Assembly (NCBI GenBank): GCA_027925325.1
Contig: AP027133.1
Coordinates: forward strand, 420,001 to 452,000
DNA length: 32,000 bases
DNA from: Candidatus Saccharimonadota bacterium
GTDB lineage: Bacteria; Bacillota_I; Bacilli_A; Mycoplasmatales; Hepatoplasmataceae
Reading direction: 5' to 3'
Shown here: positions 10,099-19,399 of the stretch, in pieces
Layout: the number at the start of each line of letters is the position of its first letter
How positions within the stretch are numbered: position 1 is the first letter of the stretch
Program-made: the position numbers and the translations under genes
Notes under the pieces: model-generated
Seen by the model: only the letters and a program-made list of their open reading frames with translations
Databases searched by the model: none
What the model was told of the DNA's origin: nothing

Positions 10099-12058
10099 TT
10101 ATAAAAGATGTCTCTTCTCTTGTTAATAATTCAAAATTATATTCATAATTCTCTACAAATTGTTTTAATCTTTGAAAAATTGCAACCATTAATAATGTAT
10201 CATAACAGCAATATTCAAGCATCGCTTTTCTTATCTCTAATCATTTTTTATCATAAATATCACTATTTTCAATCAATCAAATTTTTGCTTGTTTTGCTGA
10301 TTGATCTCCCTTTTGGACTCTTTTATCTAAATTTTTATAATTGATATCAGGGACAAAATGCGGCCCAACTACCTTGATCGAATAAGAACCTAAAAAATCA
10401 GGCGAATAATACCAATAATTAGCAAATGAATCCATCATATCTAAAGTTTCTTCTCATATTTTTTGTAAAAAAATATAATCAGTACTTTTCTCTGCTTTTT
10501 GAATGCGGTTGAGATAATTTAATATAATACTTTTTTCAAATTGCTTATTATATGAAACATAACTTCCTTCACCATATTTTTGCATATCCTTAATAAAATT
10601 AGTTCAAAATTGTTCATAAAAATCTTTATCATCAGAAGCTAATCATTCTAGATGAATAATATTTTTCATTGTTTTAAAATCGAAATCATCGCGATCTAAA
10701 ATAATATGAATTGAATATTGATAAGGAACTTGTTCATAAGTTGAAATATTCTTAATACGTGGAATGGCTTGCGAAATAGTTTCAAAATCATACATATAAA
10801 TTACTTTTTTATAGTCATTTAAATGTAGTTTTATTTTATCTAATAAATTAAAATTCTTGTTAGTGATAATTGCATTTTTTTGAATTACTCGTTTAAATTT
10901 TTTGGCATTATTATTATTTTTCAAAAAATCTATAAAATCATTATTTTGTAAAAGGGCATAATTATCATTTTGTAAAAGTGGTTTAATTTTTGAATCGATA
11001 TTTTTAAATAAAGTCGGTGAAATAAGATCGATATTTTTAATTTGTTCAAGTCTTGTTGTTTTTTGATTAAATAATTGTCCTTTCTTTTTATTAGTAAATC
11101 AACTATCTCCCCCCAATAAAAATACCCCTTTATAATTTGGGACACCCATATATTTAAGGAAAAAAGGAAAATATTCTGAATCTAAATAACTAAAATTTCT
11201 ATCTTCAAAATAATCTGCTTTAGGTAACTCTTCTTTTCTTTGATTAATTTTTATTTTCTCTAAAAAATCATCAAAATCAGCAAAAATATCGTAATATTTT
11301 TCATCATTAACAATCTCTTTTATTAAGAAGCCTTTCCCTTTTGTAAGTGCCATCTTCAAATCCTTTGGTTTTGATTTAAAATAATAGCTATGCTCACTAA
11401 ATAAATTTAATAAATTAAAATCTATTAATTGATCTATATTTTGTCTATTTTCACTTTCATAAAGTTTAAAATCATTATTAAGAATTGTTAATTTTAAGAT
11501 TCAATCTTTTATTTTATAACCGATTTTCTCTAAAATCTTTGTTTGAAAGATAATATCTAAGGCATGATAATCCAAACAATTGGTAACGGCTTTTACTTCA
11601 CAAAGTTTAAATTTATCATTTTGCTTAATAATTACATCGGTTCTTATTTTAAAATCATTATAAATAAAAGCCCCTTCAAATATAATCGCTTTTTTTTCTT
11701 TCTTTAAAATACTTGCGGTCTTTTTAACCAGATTTTCAAAAGTTGTTTTTTCTAAACTTAAATCATATATCTTAAAATTTTGCCCTTGATATTTTTTAAT
11801 ATAATATTTTTTTGATCAAAAAGAAACATCATTTCCATCGATTATTGTTGTAGGAAGATCTAATTGTGAAATAATTAAATTTTTATTTTTTAATTTCTTA
11901 TATCGGTAATAAGATAATTGTTTTAATTCTTCATATTTAGATACCGCTTTTAAATAATTATTATCATCTGTAAGTCAAGCAAAAAAATCCCCTTTTAAAT
12001 AATTTAAAAAAGTATATTTGGTAAAACTTTGTTTTTTATTATTAAAATTGGATTTCAT
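10085..12058 (-). CDS. DUF2779 domain protein: PD-(D/E)XK-like N-terminal half plus DEDD-exonuclease-like C-terminal half (657 aa)
   Basis: One frame runs from ATG 12056-12058 to TAA 10085-10087 and was checked throughout; track pieces 11099..11359 and 10643..10924 are in it. Motifs: RTDVIIKQNDKFKLCEVKA, VIYMYDFETISQAIPR...YEQVPYQYSIHI, SYNKQFEKS and EYCCYDTLLMV. They match my recollection of the DUF2779 (PF11074) pattern. Confidence 0.75.
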
Positions 12059-12161
12059 TATATTTTCTTTCAAAATTTAATTATAATTAGTATTAATTAT
12101 AATAAAATTATTTTAGCAACTTAAAATTTTTAGATTTAAAAAAATTAGAAAATGAACAAAT

Positions 12162-12166
12162 GGAGA
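12162..12166 (+). promoter_or_regulatory. Shine-Dalgarno-like GGAGA upstream of rpsT
   Basis: The sequence tGGAGAattaATG places GGAGA 4 nt before ATG 12171. TATAAT hexamers lie at 12082-12087 and 12098-12103 in the divergent intergenic region. Confidence 0.55.
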
Positions 12167-12170
12167 ATTA

Positions 12171-12422
12171 ATGGCTAATATAAAATCAAAAGAAAAACGA
12201 AGAAAACAAGATGACAAAAAATATTTAAGAAATAAAGCTCAAAAATCTAAGATTAAGACAGCAATTAAGAAAGCCAAAATGGAGCCGACTGCACAGAATA
12301 AAAATTATGCGGTTAAATTAATTGATCAATCTGTAACTTCAGGATTATTTCATAAAAATAAAGCAGCAAGACTTGTTGCAAAAATACAAAAATTAGAAGA
12401 AACAAAAAAGCAAGATAATTAA
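12171..12422 (+). CDS. rpsT: 30S ribosomal protein S20
   Basis: MANIKSKEKRRKQDDKKYLRNKAQKSKIKTAIKKA...FHKNKAARLVAKIQKL has the typical S20 sequence pattern and size (83 aa). It is the only plus-strand gene. Confidence 0.92.
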   Translation: MANIKSKEKRRKQDDKKYLRNKAQKSKIKTAIKKAKMEPTAQNKNYAVKLIDQSVTSGLFHKNKAARLVAKIQKLEETKKQDN

Positions 12423-12434
12423 TATCTTGTTTTT

Positions 12435-13109
12435 TTAAATCATTTTAATTTGATCAATTTGATAGTAATTAGGAAATATTTTTATTAAACTTATTCCTAG
12501 AAACTCTTCATTTTTATCAAAATAATAATAAAATATCGTTGGATAATATTCTTTTTCACTATTAAAAAGAGATTTATCAAATTTAGTAGCCTTTGTAAGA
12601 ATACTTTTTTGATAAATTTTTTTTATTATATTATTTTCAAAGAAGTATTTTTTACCATTTTTAATTAGTTCTTTTTCTGTTAAATTTAAATTTTGTTTAC
12701 AAACTCAATTTATCGTATAAAAAATTATTTTATTATCTCTAAAATATAATTTAATGTATTTTAAAAATTTTTCATTTTCATAATTAAAAACAAAGGGAAA
12801 ATTTTTCTTTACAATTTGTGGAATTTCATAACTTATCGGATGACGAGAATAGCTATTTAATTTTAAATTAGAAATAATTGATTTTATATCAAAATTTAAA
12901 TTAGAGAATTGAGAGACAAAAACCCCTTTTCCTTGTATCGAAAAAAGAATATTTTGATTCACCAATTTAAGTATAGCTTTACGAACCGTTTCTTTTGAAC
13001 AAAAAAAAATTTTTATTAATTCTTTTTCTGTTGGGATTTTTTCTCCTATTTTATACTTGTTATTTCTTATATCACTAATTATTTTCTCTATAATCTCTTG
13101 TTGCTTCAT
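12435..13109 (-). CDS. GntR-family transcriptional regulator, HutC-like (wHTH plus C-terminal effector domain), 224 aa
   Basis: N-terminal wHTH: GEKIPTEKELIKIFFCSKETVRKAILKLVNQNILFSIQGKGVFVS. Track ORF 12705..13109 continues through TGA 12705-12707 to TAA 12435-12437, checked codon by codon. The length fits a UTRA-type C-terminal domain. Confidence 0.8.
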
Positions 13110-13167
13110 ATTTAATTTTCCAAAATCTAAATTTTATTTTTTAATTTATATTTCAAAAGCAAGATAA

Positions 13168-13176
13168 ATTATAACA
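13168..13176 (-). promoter_or_regulatory. extended -10 box TGTTATAAT, candidate promoter of the GntR gene
   Basis: The minus strand reads TGTTATAAT, about 59 nt upstream of ATG 13107-13109 and just downstream of the PTS terminator hairpin. Confidence 0.4.
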
Positions 13177-13187
13177 TTATGAATAAA

Positions 13188-13220
13188 TAAAAATAGCCTC
13201 GAATAATGAGGCTATTTTTA
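13188..13220 (-). terminator. Rho-independent terminator after the PTS gene
   Basis: Perfect 12-13 bp stem (aaaaatagcctc / gaggctattttt, 13189-13200 and 13208-13219) with a 7-nt loop gaataat. On the minus-strand transcript it is followed by TTTTTATTTATT. It starts 9 nt after the PTS stop. Confidence 0.8.
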
Positions 13221-13228
13221 AATTTTAA

Positions 13229-15184
13229 TTAATTCTTATGAGTTTTTTCTCACTCTTTATATGTAAATCCCTGTTTTTTTAACATCATTAATTCTGTTTT
13301 AAATATATCTGCTTCTGCGCCAAAGATAATTTGCATTGATCTTCCGCCAGAAAATTTAACAATTCCTTTTGCCCCTAATTTTTTCTTAATATTTTCTTCA
13401 TCAACTTTTGTTGGATCAGAGACAGAAATTCTTAATCTTGTGATACATGCATTAATTGAAGGTAAATTATCAAAATCACCCAAATAACCAAGCAAGCTAA
13501 CTGTTCTTAAAAAACGTGGATTACTTTCATCAAATTGACCTTTTTTAGCTGCTGGAACAACATTTTTTTGTTCCTTCTTCGATTCTTTCGCTTCAAGATA
13601 ATCTTTTTTGCTCACAAGTTTCATTTCTTCTTCACTATCTCCTCTTCCTGGTGTTTGTACATCAAATTTTAAAATATATCAACGGAAGAAGAAGTAATAA
13701 ATAGGCATATAAATTATTCCAATTGGGATAACAATTCAAGCCGCTGTATTATATCCTGTTGCTAAAGGTAAAATTCCATATAAAATATAATCAATTATTC
13801 CGCCTGAAAAGGTCATTCCTACCGATACTTTTAAAAGGTCATCGACTCAAAATGAAATTCCGGCCATAAAAACATGGAAAATATATAGCATTGGTGCTAA
13901 AAATAAGAATGTAAATTCAATCGGTTCGGTAATTCCTGTTAAGAATGTTGTTAAAACAGCTGCCCCGATTAATGATGTTGCCATCTCTCTATTTTCTTTT
14001 TTTGCACACATAATCATCGCAAAACCAGCAGCAGGTAATCCAAAAATCATAAATTGATACTTACCTTGTAAATATTGTCCCGGATGCGCTCCTGCCGTAA
14101 TACAATAGACACATTGATCCGCTCCTGATGAAAAATCTAGATTTTGCGCAGGTAAAAGATATTCATTAATATCGGTCGATGCTCCGCCATTACCGCTAGG
14201 ATCAAATACTCAATATCCATTGATATTAATAATATTTTCAATTGTGTCATTTGGTGTTACTCAAAATTCTGTTGTAAGTGAATTATAATCAAGTCCATAA
14301 TTTTGAATTGCAAACCACATACTTTCATCACCGGCAGCAACAACAAGTTGTTCACCTGAACCTGGATCAATAGCAATTATTTGCCCCCCCACCGATGTAA
14401 ATCATAACGGTGTATAAAAAGCATGATGTAACCCAAAAGGAACCAAGGCTCTTTCAATTATTCCAAAAAGCAAGGCATCAAATCCATAATTCATCCCTAG
14501 TAATAATTGACCAAATGAATCTAATCAAGTTCCTATTAAAGGTCAAGTTGCCAAAAATATAAAAGCAACTAATGGCATAAACATAAAGGCAATAATCGGT
14601 ACCGATCTTGTTCCATTAAAAAATCCTAAAAAATTCGGTAATCTCAAAGTACTAAAACGATTGTATAATCATGCAGCAACAAACCCTACCGTTATTCCAC
14701 CAAAAACTGATGTTTGTAAAGATTTTATCCCCAATGTTTGGCCGACGACGGAGGTTGGTACCTCATCATATCAAAGAATTTGATAACTTGTTAAAATTCC
14801 ATTCGAATCTACATTATCAAAGATTAAAATAGATTGCGTAACCGCAAAAACAACATAACCTAAAAATCCCGTAAATGCTGCAATCCCCGCATCATCCGTA
14901 TAAGCAATAGCGATGGCGACAGCAAATAAAGCTGGTAAAGTTGCAAAAATAATATTACCTATATCTCTTAATATTATTGGAATTAAATACCAAGGATTAG
15001 TATTTTTATCTAAACCAACCGTATCCATAATATTAATGATTCCAGAACCTATTCCTAAAAATAATCCCGCTATCGGAAGAACAGCGATTGGAAGCATTAA
15101 TCCTTTAGAAAGTTTAGATAAAAATCCTCGTACTCCTTCCCCCTTCGAATCTTTCGCTCGGGTGTATTCTATTTTTTGATCCAT
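13229..15184 (-). CDS. PTS glucose/N-acetylglucosamine/maltose-family transporter subunit EIICB (651 aa)
   Basis: Fragments 14771..15184, 13847..14050 and 13250..13624 share one frame. EIIC motifs are LMLPIAVLPIAGLFLG, ERALVPFGLHH, GLPAAG and GITEPIEFTFLF. The C-terminal EIIB has the phospho-Cys motif NACITRLRISV. Stop is TAA 13229-13231 after TGA 13250-13252. No EIIA domain is present. Sugar specificity is not determinable from the sequence alone. Confidence 0.88.
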
Positions 15185-15208
15185 TTTCCCTATATCCTTT
15201 TATAAAAT

Positions 15209-15655
15209 CTAATTAATTTCTTTGCTTTTTTGTTTTTCAATTTTTTTTTGTTTCTTTTCTGATTTCTTTTCTAATTTCTTTTCTTGTTTAGAATTAATTT
15301 TAATAATTGAATAATTTCTTCATTTTGCAAAATATTTTTTCATAAATATTGCAAAAAATTGTAAAACAATCCAAAAAACACCGCAAACTATTATTGCAAC
15401 AGTATACATCTCTGCATCATCATTTAAAATAACATTATAAGAATTAACTCCGACCAATATAATAAATATTGGAAAAATTAACATAAATAAAATTCGTGAT
15501 AAAAAAGTAAAAAAACGATATCAAAAATAACCAACATTAGGTTTAATTTTAACATCTATTTTTGAAGTAAAATTACTGATTGAACTTTTTATTTTTTTAT
15601 TTATTTTAGCTATTTTTGCTTTTAATTTAATAAAAAAATTTTTAATTTTTGACAC
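15209..15655 (-). CDS. small membrane protein (148 aa), absent from the ORF track because of two internal TGA codons
   Basis: GTG 15653-15655 is preceded by AAAGGA (15661-15666) at 5-nt spacing. The frame is open to TAG 15209-15211, checked codon by codon. It has a basic N-terminus, two hydrophobic helices (RILFMLIFPIFIILVGV, VAIIVCGVFWIVLQFFAIF) and a K/E-rich tail. Confidence 0.5.
15251..15286 (-). repeat. 3 x 12-nt in-frame tandem repeat encoding x-E-K-K units in the tail of the small membrane protein
   Basis: tttcttttctga / tttcttttctaa / tttcttttcttg are consecutive and differ only in the last two bases. On the coding strand they read QEKK LEKK SEKK. Confidence 0.85.
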
Positions 15656-15669
15656 TTTATTCCTTTCTA

Positions 15670-15720
15670 TAAACTTAAGTTAATATTTCTATTTTTCTAA
15701 AAAATATTAACTTAAGTTTA
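15670..15720. repeat. 19-bp perfect inverted repeat with a 13-nt spacer (strong RNA hairpin or protein-binding palindrome)
   Basis: taaacttaagttaatattt (15670-15688) and aaatattaacttaagttta (15702-15720) are exact reverse complements. The repeat lies between the two small membrane-protein genes, ending 4 nt before the AAAGGA Shine-Dalgarno of the downstream one. Confidence 0.9.
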
Positions 15721-15769
15721 AAGATTAATTGTATTAATTTCTCAAAATTTAATATTTATTTTCTTTGGT

Positions 15770-16075
15770 CTAAATTAATTCAATTATCGCGATATAAAAA
15801 AGCCCAAGTGATATCAATAAAAATACAAATCCTGTAAAAATTATTATATTGTATTTATATTCATATCAAAATCCTTTAAAAGACCCGATTGATTTATTTT
15901 CTCTGTCTCTTCTAACTCTTGAATTTCATTGATTTCTTTTTTGTGAAAAATACATCCAAAAAAACCAAAAAGTTAAAGCAAGAAACAAAACCCCTACAAT
16001 TAACTCTACAATCGCAACAGTCTGATCTTGCTCTGCTGTTAAATTTTCTGCAACAAATAATCAATTAACACTCAT
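15770..16075 (-). CDS. small membrane protein (101 aa, two TM helices), absent from the ORF track because of internal TGA codons
   Basis: The frame runs from ATG 16073-16075 to TAG 15770-15772, checked codon by codon: MSVNWLFVAENLTAEQDQTVAIVELIVGVLFLALTFWFFWMYF...IIIFTGFVFLLISLGLFYIAIIELI. Confidence 0.5.
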
Positions 16076-16169
16076 AGTTAGATATAGATTTATTTTAATT
16101 ATTAAAATTCTCTTTTCTATATTTTAAATAAATATTTATTTATTTAAAATAAAAAAAACAAAAAATAAA

Positions 16170-16185
16170 ATTTGTATATACAAAT
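16170..16185. promoter_or_regulatory. 16-bp perfect palindrome ATTTGTATATACAAAT: candidate HutC/GntR operator, or alternatively a weak intrinsic terminator stem
   Basis: The core GTATATAC fits the HutC-subfamily GT-N-TA-N-AC operator signature. It lies 1 nt after the stop of the upstream gene and about 95 nt upstream of ATG 16075. On the minus-strand transcript it is followed by TTTATTTTTTGTTTTTTTT. Confidence 0.35.
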
Positions 16186-16186
16186 A

Positions 16187-18427
16187 CTATTTTATATTAT
16201 TTACAATATGATTATTTTCTAACTTTTTGTTTCGATTATTTTTATAACTAATTGTTCTAAATCTTTCTCCTACCGGTTTATAAACATTAAAAAAATTATG
16301 ACTTTTTAAAGAATTTTTTGAAATATAAAATAATAAATCTTTGCTTTTTGAACTTTTTAATTTATTGATTCAATCTTCTGTAATATTTATTGTTTCAAGA
16401 TATTTACCATCATAAAAAAAAGTAACTCTTTTTGTAAATAATTGGATAAATTTTAAATTATTTACGAAGACAAAAATCGTAAATTTATAATCTTGATTTA
16501 TTGTATTTAAATTACGGACGATCTCAGATAATTTAATATCATAATTATCAAGTAAATAATCATCAATTATTATTAATCTGCTATCAATAATAAGTAAATT
16601 TAATAATTGCACTAAAATTTTGCTATTTATATCTAATTTTTGATATTTAAGTCTTAAATTATCATCCGAAAAATTTAAATATTTTGAAAATGTTTTTAAT
16701 CTCTGATTAAATAATTCTTCCTCAAATTTATTGAATTTTTTTGCTCTAAAATCATCATATTTTTTGTAAATTTCTTTTAGTTCATTTTTTAATTGTATAA
16801 CTTGTTGATTTTGCTTTAAAATTGCTTTTTCATTAAATTCAATTTCCTGATTTTGATTCTCTTGCAAAATGTTTCTTAAAAATAATTTTTTTTGTTCCTT
16901 GAAAAAACGTTCACTTTTATTTAAAGTTAAATTATTTTTAAAAAGTATCTCTTTTAAATAAGATTTTCTCTTTTGATAATCAATTATTTTATCTTGCATT
17001 TCTTTTTTATAAACATATTTTTGCAGTTTTTCACGATCTTTTGAACTTTTGATCTGCCAATCATAATAATTTTTATATTTGCCATAAATTTCATTTATTT
17101 TCTCAGCAATAATTTTATGAAATTTTTTTAAATAAGAAATATCATAAAAAAAATAAGCACTGCCAAAAAAGTCAATTAAACCGATAAAATAATTATGTAA
17201 ATTTTCCAAAATAAAAATTTGGTAATTATAATGTTTAACATCGGCAAGATAAAGATTTATTTCAAATTTACCTTGTTCTTTTAATTTTATATCCTCTCTT
17301 ACTTTTTTGATATCAAATATTAAATATTCGATTTCTTTAATATTATTTCTAACATATAAGCTAAGATAGTTATATGTTATGCGATTAATTTTAGTATTTA
17401 TAATACTTTTTTCAAATAAAAGATTATTAATATAATTCTTAAATTCTTCAATTTTAAATTTGATATTTTCTTTAATTTTATCTTGATTTTTATTAATAAT
17501 ATTTAAAACATTCTCTCAAACAGATTCAATTTTTATTTCTGTTATATTATTTTTTTCTAAATTTTTAATCTGTAAGAATAAATGCATTCTAATAGGGTTT
17601 GTAAGCAAAAAATTATGTTTTTCTCCACTTTCTAAAATTAATAGACGGATAAATCTTTTGATTTCATTTTTAATATTATTAAAATCTCTCTGATCAAGAG
17701 AGTATTTCTTAATTAAATTAAATTCTCTTAAACTAAGAAAATATCATACTTTATTGATATCTTTAAAAAAATGTAAAGTTTTTTTTCATTCTCTTTTCTT
17801 TTCTTTTAATTGATAAATATTAAAAAAATATTTTTTATCAAGATATTTGATATTTCTTTGATAAATATTTTTTTCGCGTGCAATTTTTATTTTAATTGCC
17901 TTGATTTCTTCTAAAATTTCAAAAAAGTCAAAATTATCATATTTAAAAAATTTCTTTTTTTCTTCATTAAAAAAATCTTCTGTTAATTCTTTTAATGAAA
18001 AATTTGATTTTGGTAATTTATTTTTAATCTCTTTTATTTTATTTTCAAGATTATCTATTTTTAATTTAAAATCCTTTATTTTTGTTTTAAATTCATTTTT
18101 TGCATAATCAGATTTTACAAATTTATAAAATAAATTAAGATAAACATCATGTCTTTTGGAATAGTTTTCATTCAATAATAAATTAGCTTTTGAATATCTT
18201 CCACCCTGATCAAAAATAAATTCTTCTTTTTTTCTTGATTCATTTAAATTATCAATAAATAATCATTTTAAGCGCTTTAATTGCTCTTGATCATTACTTA
18301 AAAAAGAATGAATCTCACCTTTTTTAATATTTAAATTAAAATCATTAATTACTAAATTAAGATTCTTATCACGCAATGCAAGATTATTAATTTTTAAAAA
18401 CAACGATTCATTTAATTTTTGTTTCAT
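16187..18427 (-). CDS. degenerate OppF-like ABC nucleotide-binding-domain homologue split by a ~550-aa coiled-coil-like insertion (746 aa); catalytic motifs absent
   Basis: A single frame runs from ATG 18425-18427 to TAG 16187-16189. All of 17210-17785, 18176-18427 and 16187-16369 was checked, and track ORFs 17786..18175 and 16370..17209 are in it. The N-terminus LKINNLALRDKNLNLVINDFNLNIKKGEIHSFLSNDQEQLK lacks a P-loop. The C-terminus reads KLDINSKILVQLLNLLIIDSRLIIIDDYLLDNYD...FTIFVFVNNL...RVTFFYDGKYLE. Confidence 0.6.
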
Positions 18428-18438
18428 TTAATTTTCCG

Positions 18439-19341
18439 TTAATATATTTTTGGTTTAATAAATTGTGTTAAATTCAAATCACTATATAATCAAGAATAAA
18501 CAAAATGATTTTTATTTATATGTTTCTTTAGTGGGAGTAATAAAAGTTCAATATTTAAAATATAATTTTTATTAAAATCAAATAAATTTTTATTAAAATC
18601 ATATTTTAAATATTGAAAATATGAAAAAAAGTTATCATAAACTAAATCTTGACTTTTTAGAATAATTTCTCATGTGATTGGATGATAAGGATTCTCAACA
18701 ATTTCTTTGATATCTCCTCCTTCTACAATTCTATTATCAAAAATAATCGCACACTCATCAACTATCGAACTAAGTAAAGCAATATTATTCGATATCATCA
18801 ATACTGTTAATTTATCATGAAAAGAATTAATAAATAATTTTAAATCAAGAATCTCATTTGCATTTAATTTTTGATCAATATTTTCAATAATAACTAATTC
18901 TGTTTTTAAAATTAATGCTTTTAAAATTGATAATTTGATAAGCTCAATTTTTTTAAGTTCCTTAAATTTTTTGTAATGATAAATCGTTCCGATTTCTCAA
19001 TTAATCATCGTATAAAAATCAATTAGATTTTTATTTGCAAAATCCTTATTAAATTTAGAATTTATTAATAAATTTAAATAAATTTGTTTTCCAATCGAAA
19101 TTCTTTTATTAAATGAAAAATTATTTTTTTCTGAAATATAAATAAGAGAGATGTTTTTAAATACCTTCTCATTTTTATTCAATTCAAAAAAATTGACAAA
19201 AAAATTATCGTTATCAATTTGTAAAAAACCAAAATAAGAATTTTTTTTAACTTTAAAATCAAGATATTTAATTATCTTTGTTTTATCTTTAAAATCATAA
19301 TGTTTATAATCGATTACTTCCAAGATAAATTTTTTTTCCAT
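18439..19341 (-). CDS. degenerate OppD/DppD-like ABC nucleotide-binding-domain homologue (300 aa); catalytic motifs absent
   Basis: Track ORF 18997..19341 continues through TGA 18997-18999 to TAA 18439-18441, checked codon by codon. It is collinear with the OppD-type NBD, including ENPYHPIT (the P.HPYT motif). However, it has QIDNDNFF for Walker A, LKKIELIK for the signature, LVIIENID for Walker B and MISNN for the His switch. Confidence 0.6.
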
Positions 19342-19399
19342 ATGTAATTATTTCAAAAATTAATGATACTATAATTATCCTTAAAAACTAATTTTATTC

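Noticed and set aside
15241-15249. T9 (coding-strand A9) run in the small membrane-protein gene as a phase-variation switch.
   Set aside because: A/T runs of 8-9 nt are common throughout this window, for example 16151-16158 and several inside other genes, and simply encode Lys or Phe runs. It is not distinctive enough on its own and is mentioned only as context for the adjacent 12-nt repeat.
16121-16150. 13-bp inverted repeat attttaaataaat-N4-atttatttaaaat in the intergenic region upstream of 16075.
   Set aside because: It consists only of A and T in an intergenic stretch of near-pure AT, so such symmetry is weakly significant. It may contribute to promoter or terminator structure, but I cannot support a specific call.
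16187-18427. Reading the 746-aa head, coiled-coil, head protein as an SMC/Rad50/SbcC-like or defence-system ATPase (Lamassu, Wadjet or Gabija-type).
   Set aside because: The N- and C-terminal halves match transporter-type (OppF-like) NBD strands, namely the KKGE turn and the C-terminal RVTFFYDGKYLE strand, rather than Rad50/SMC heads. The Walker A is absent. No nuclease or other effector partner typical of those systems is adjacent. It cannot be fully excluded without profile searches.
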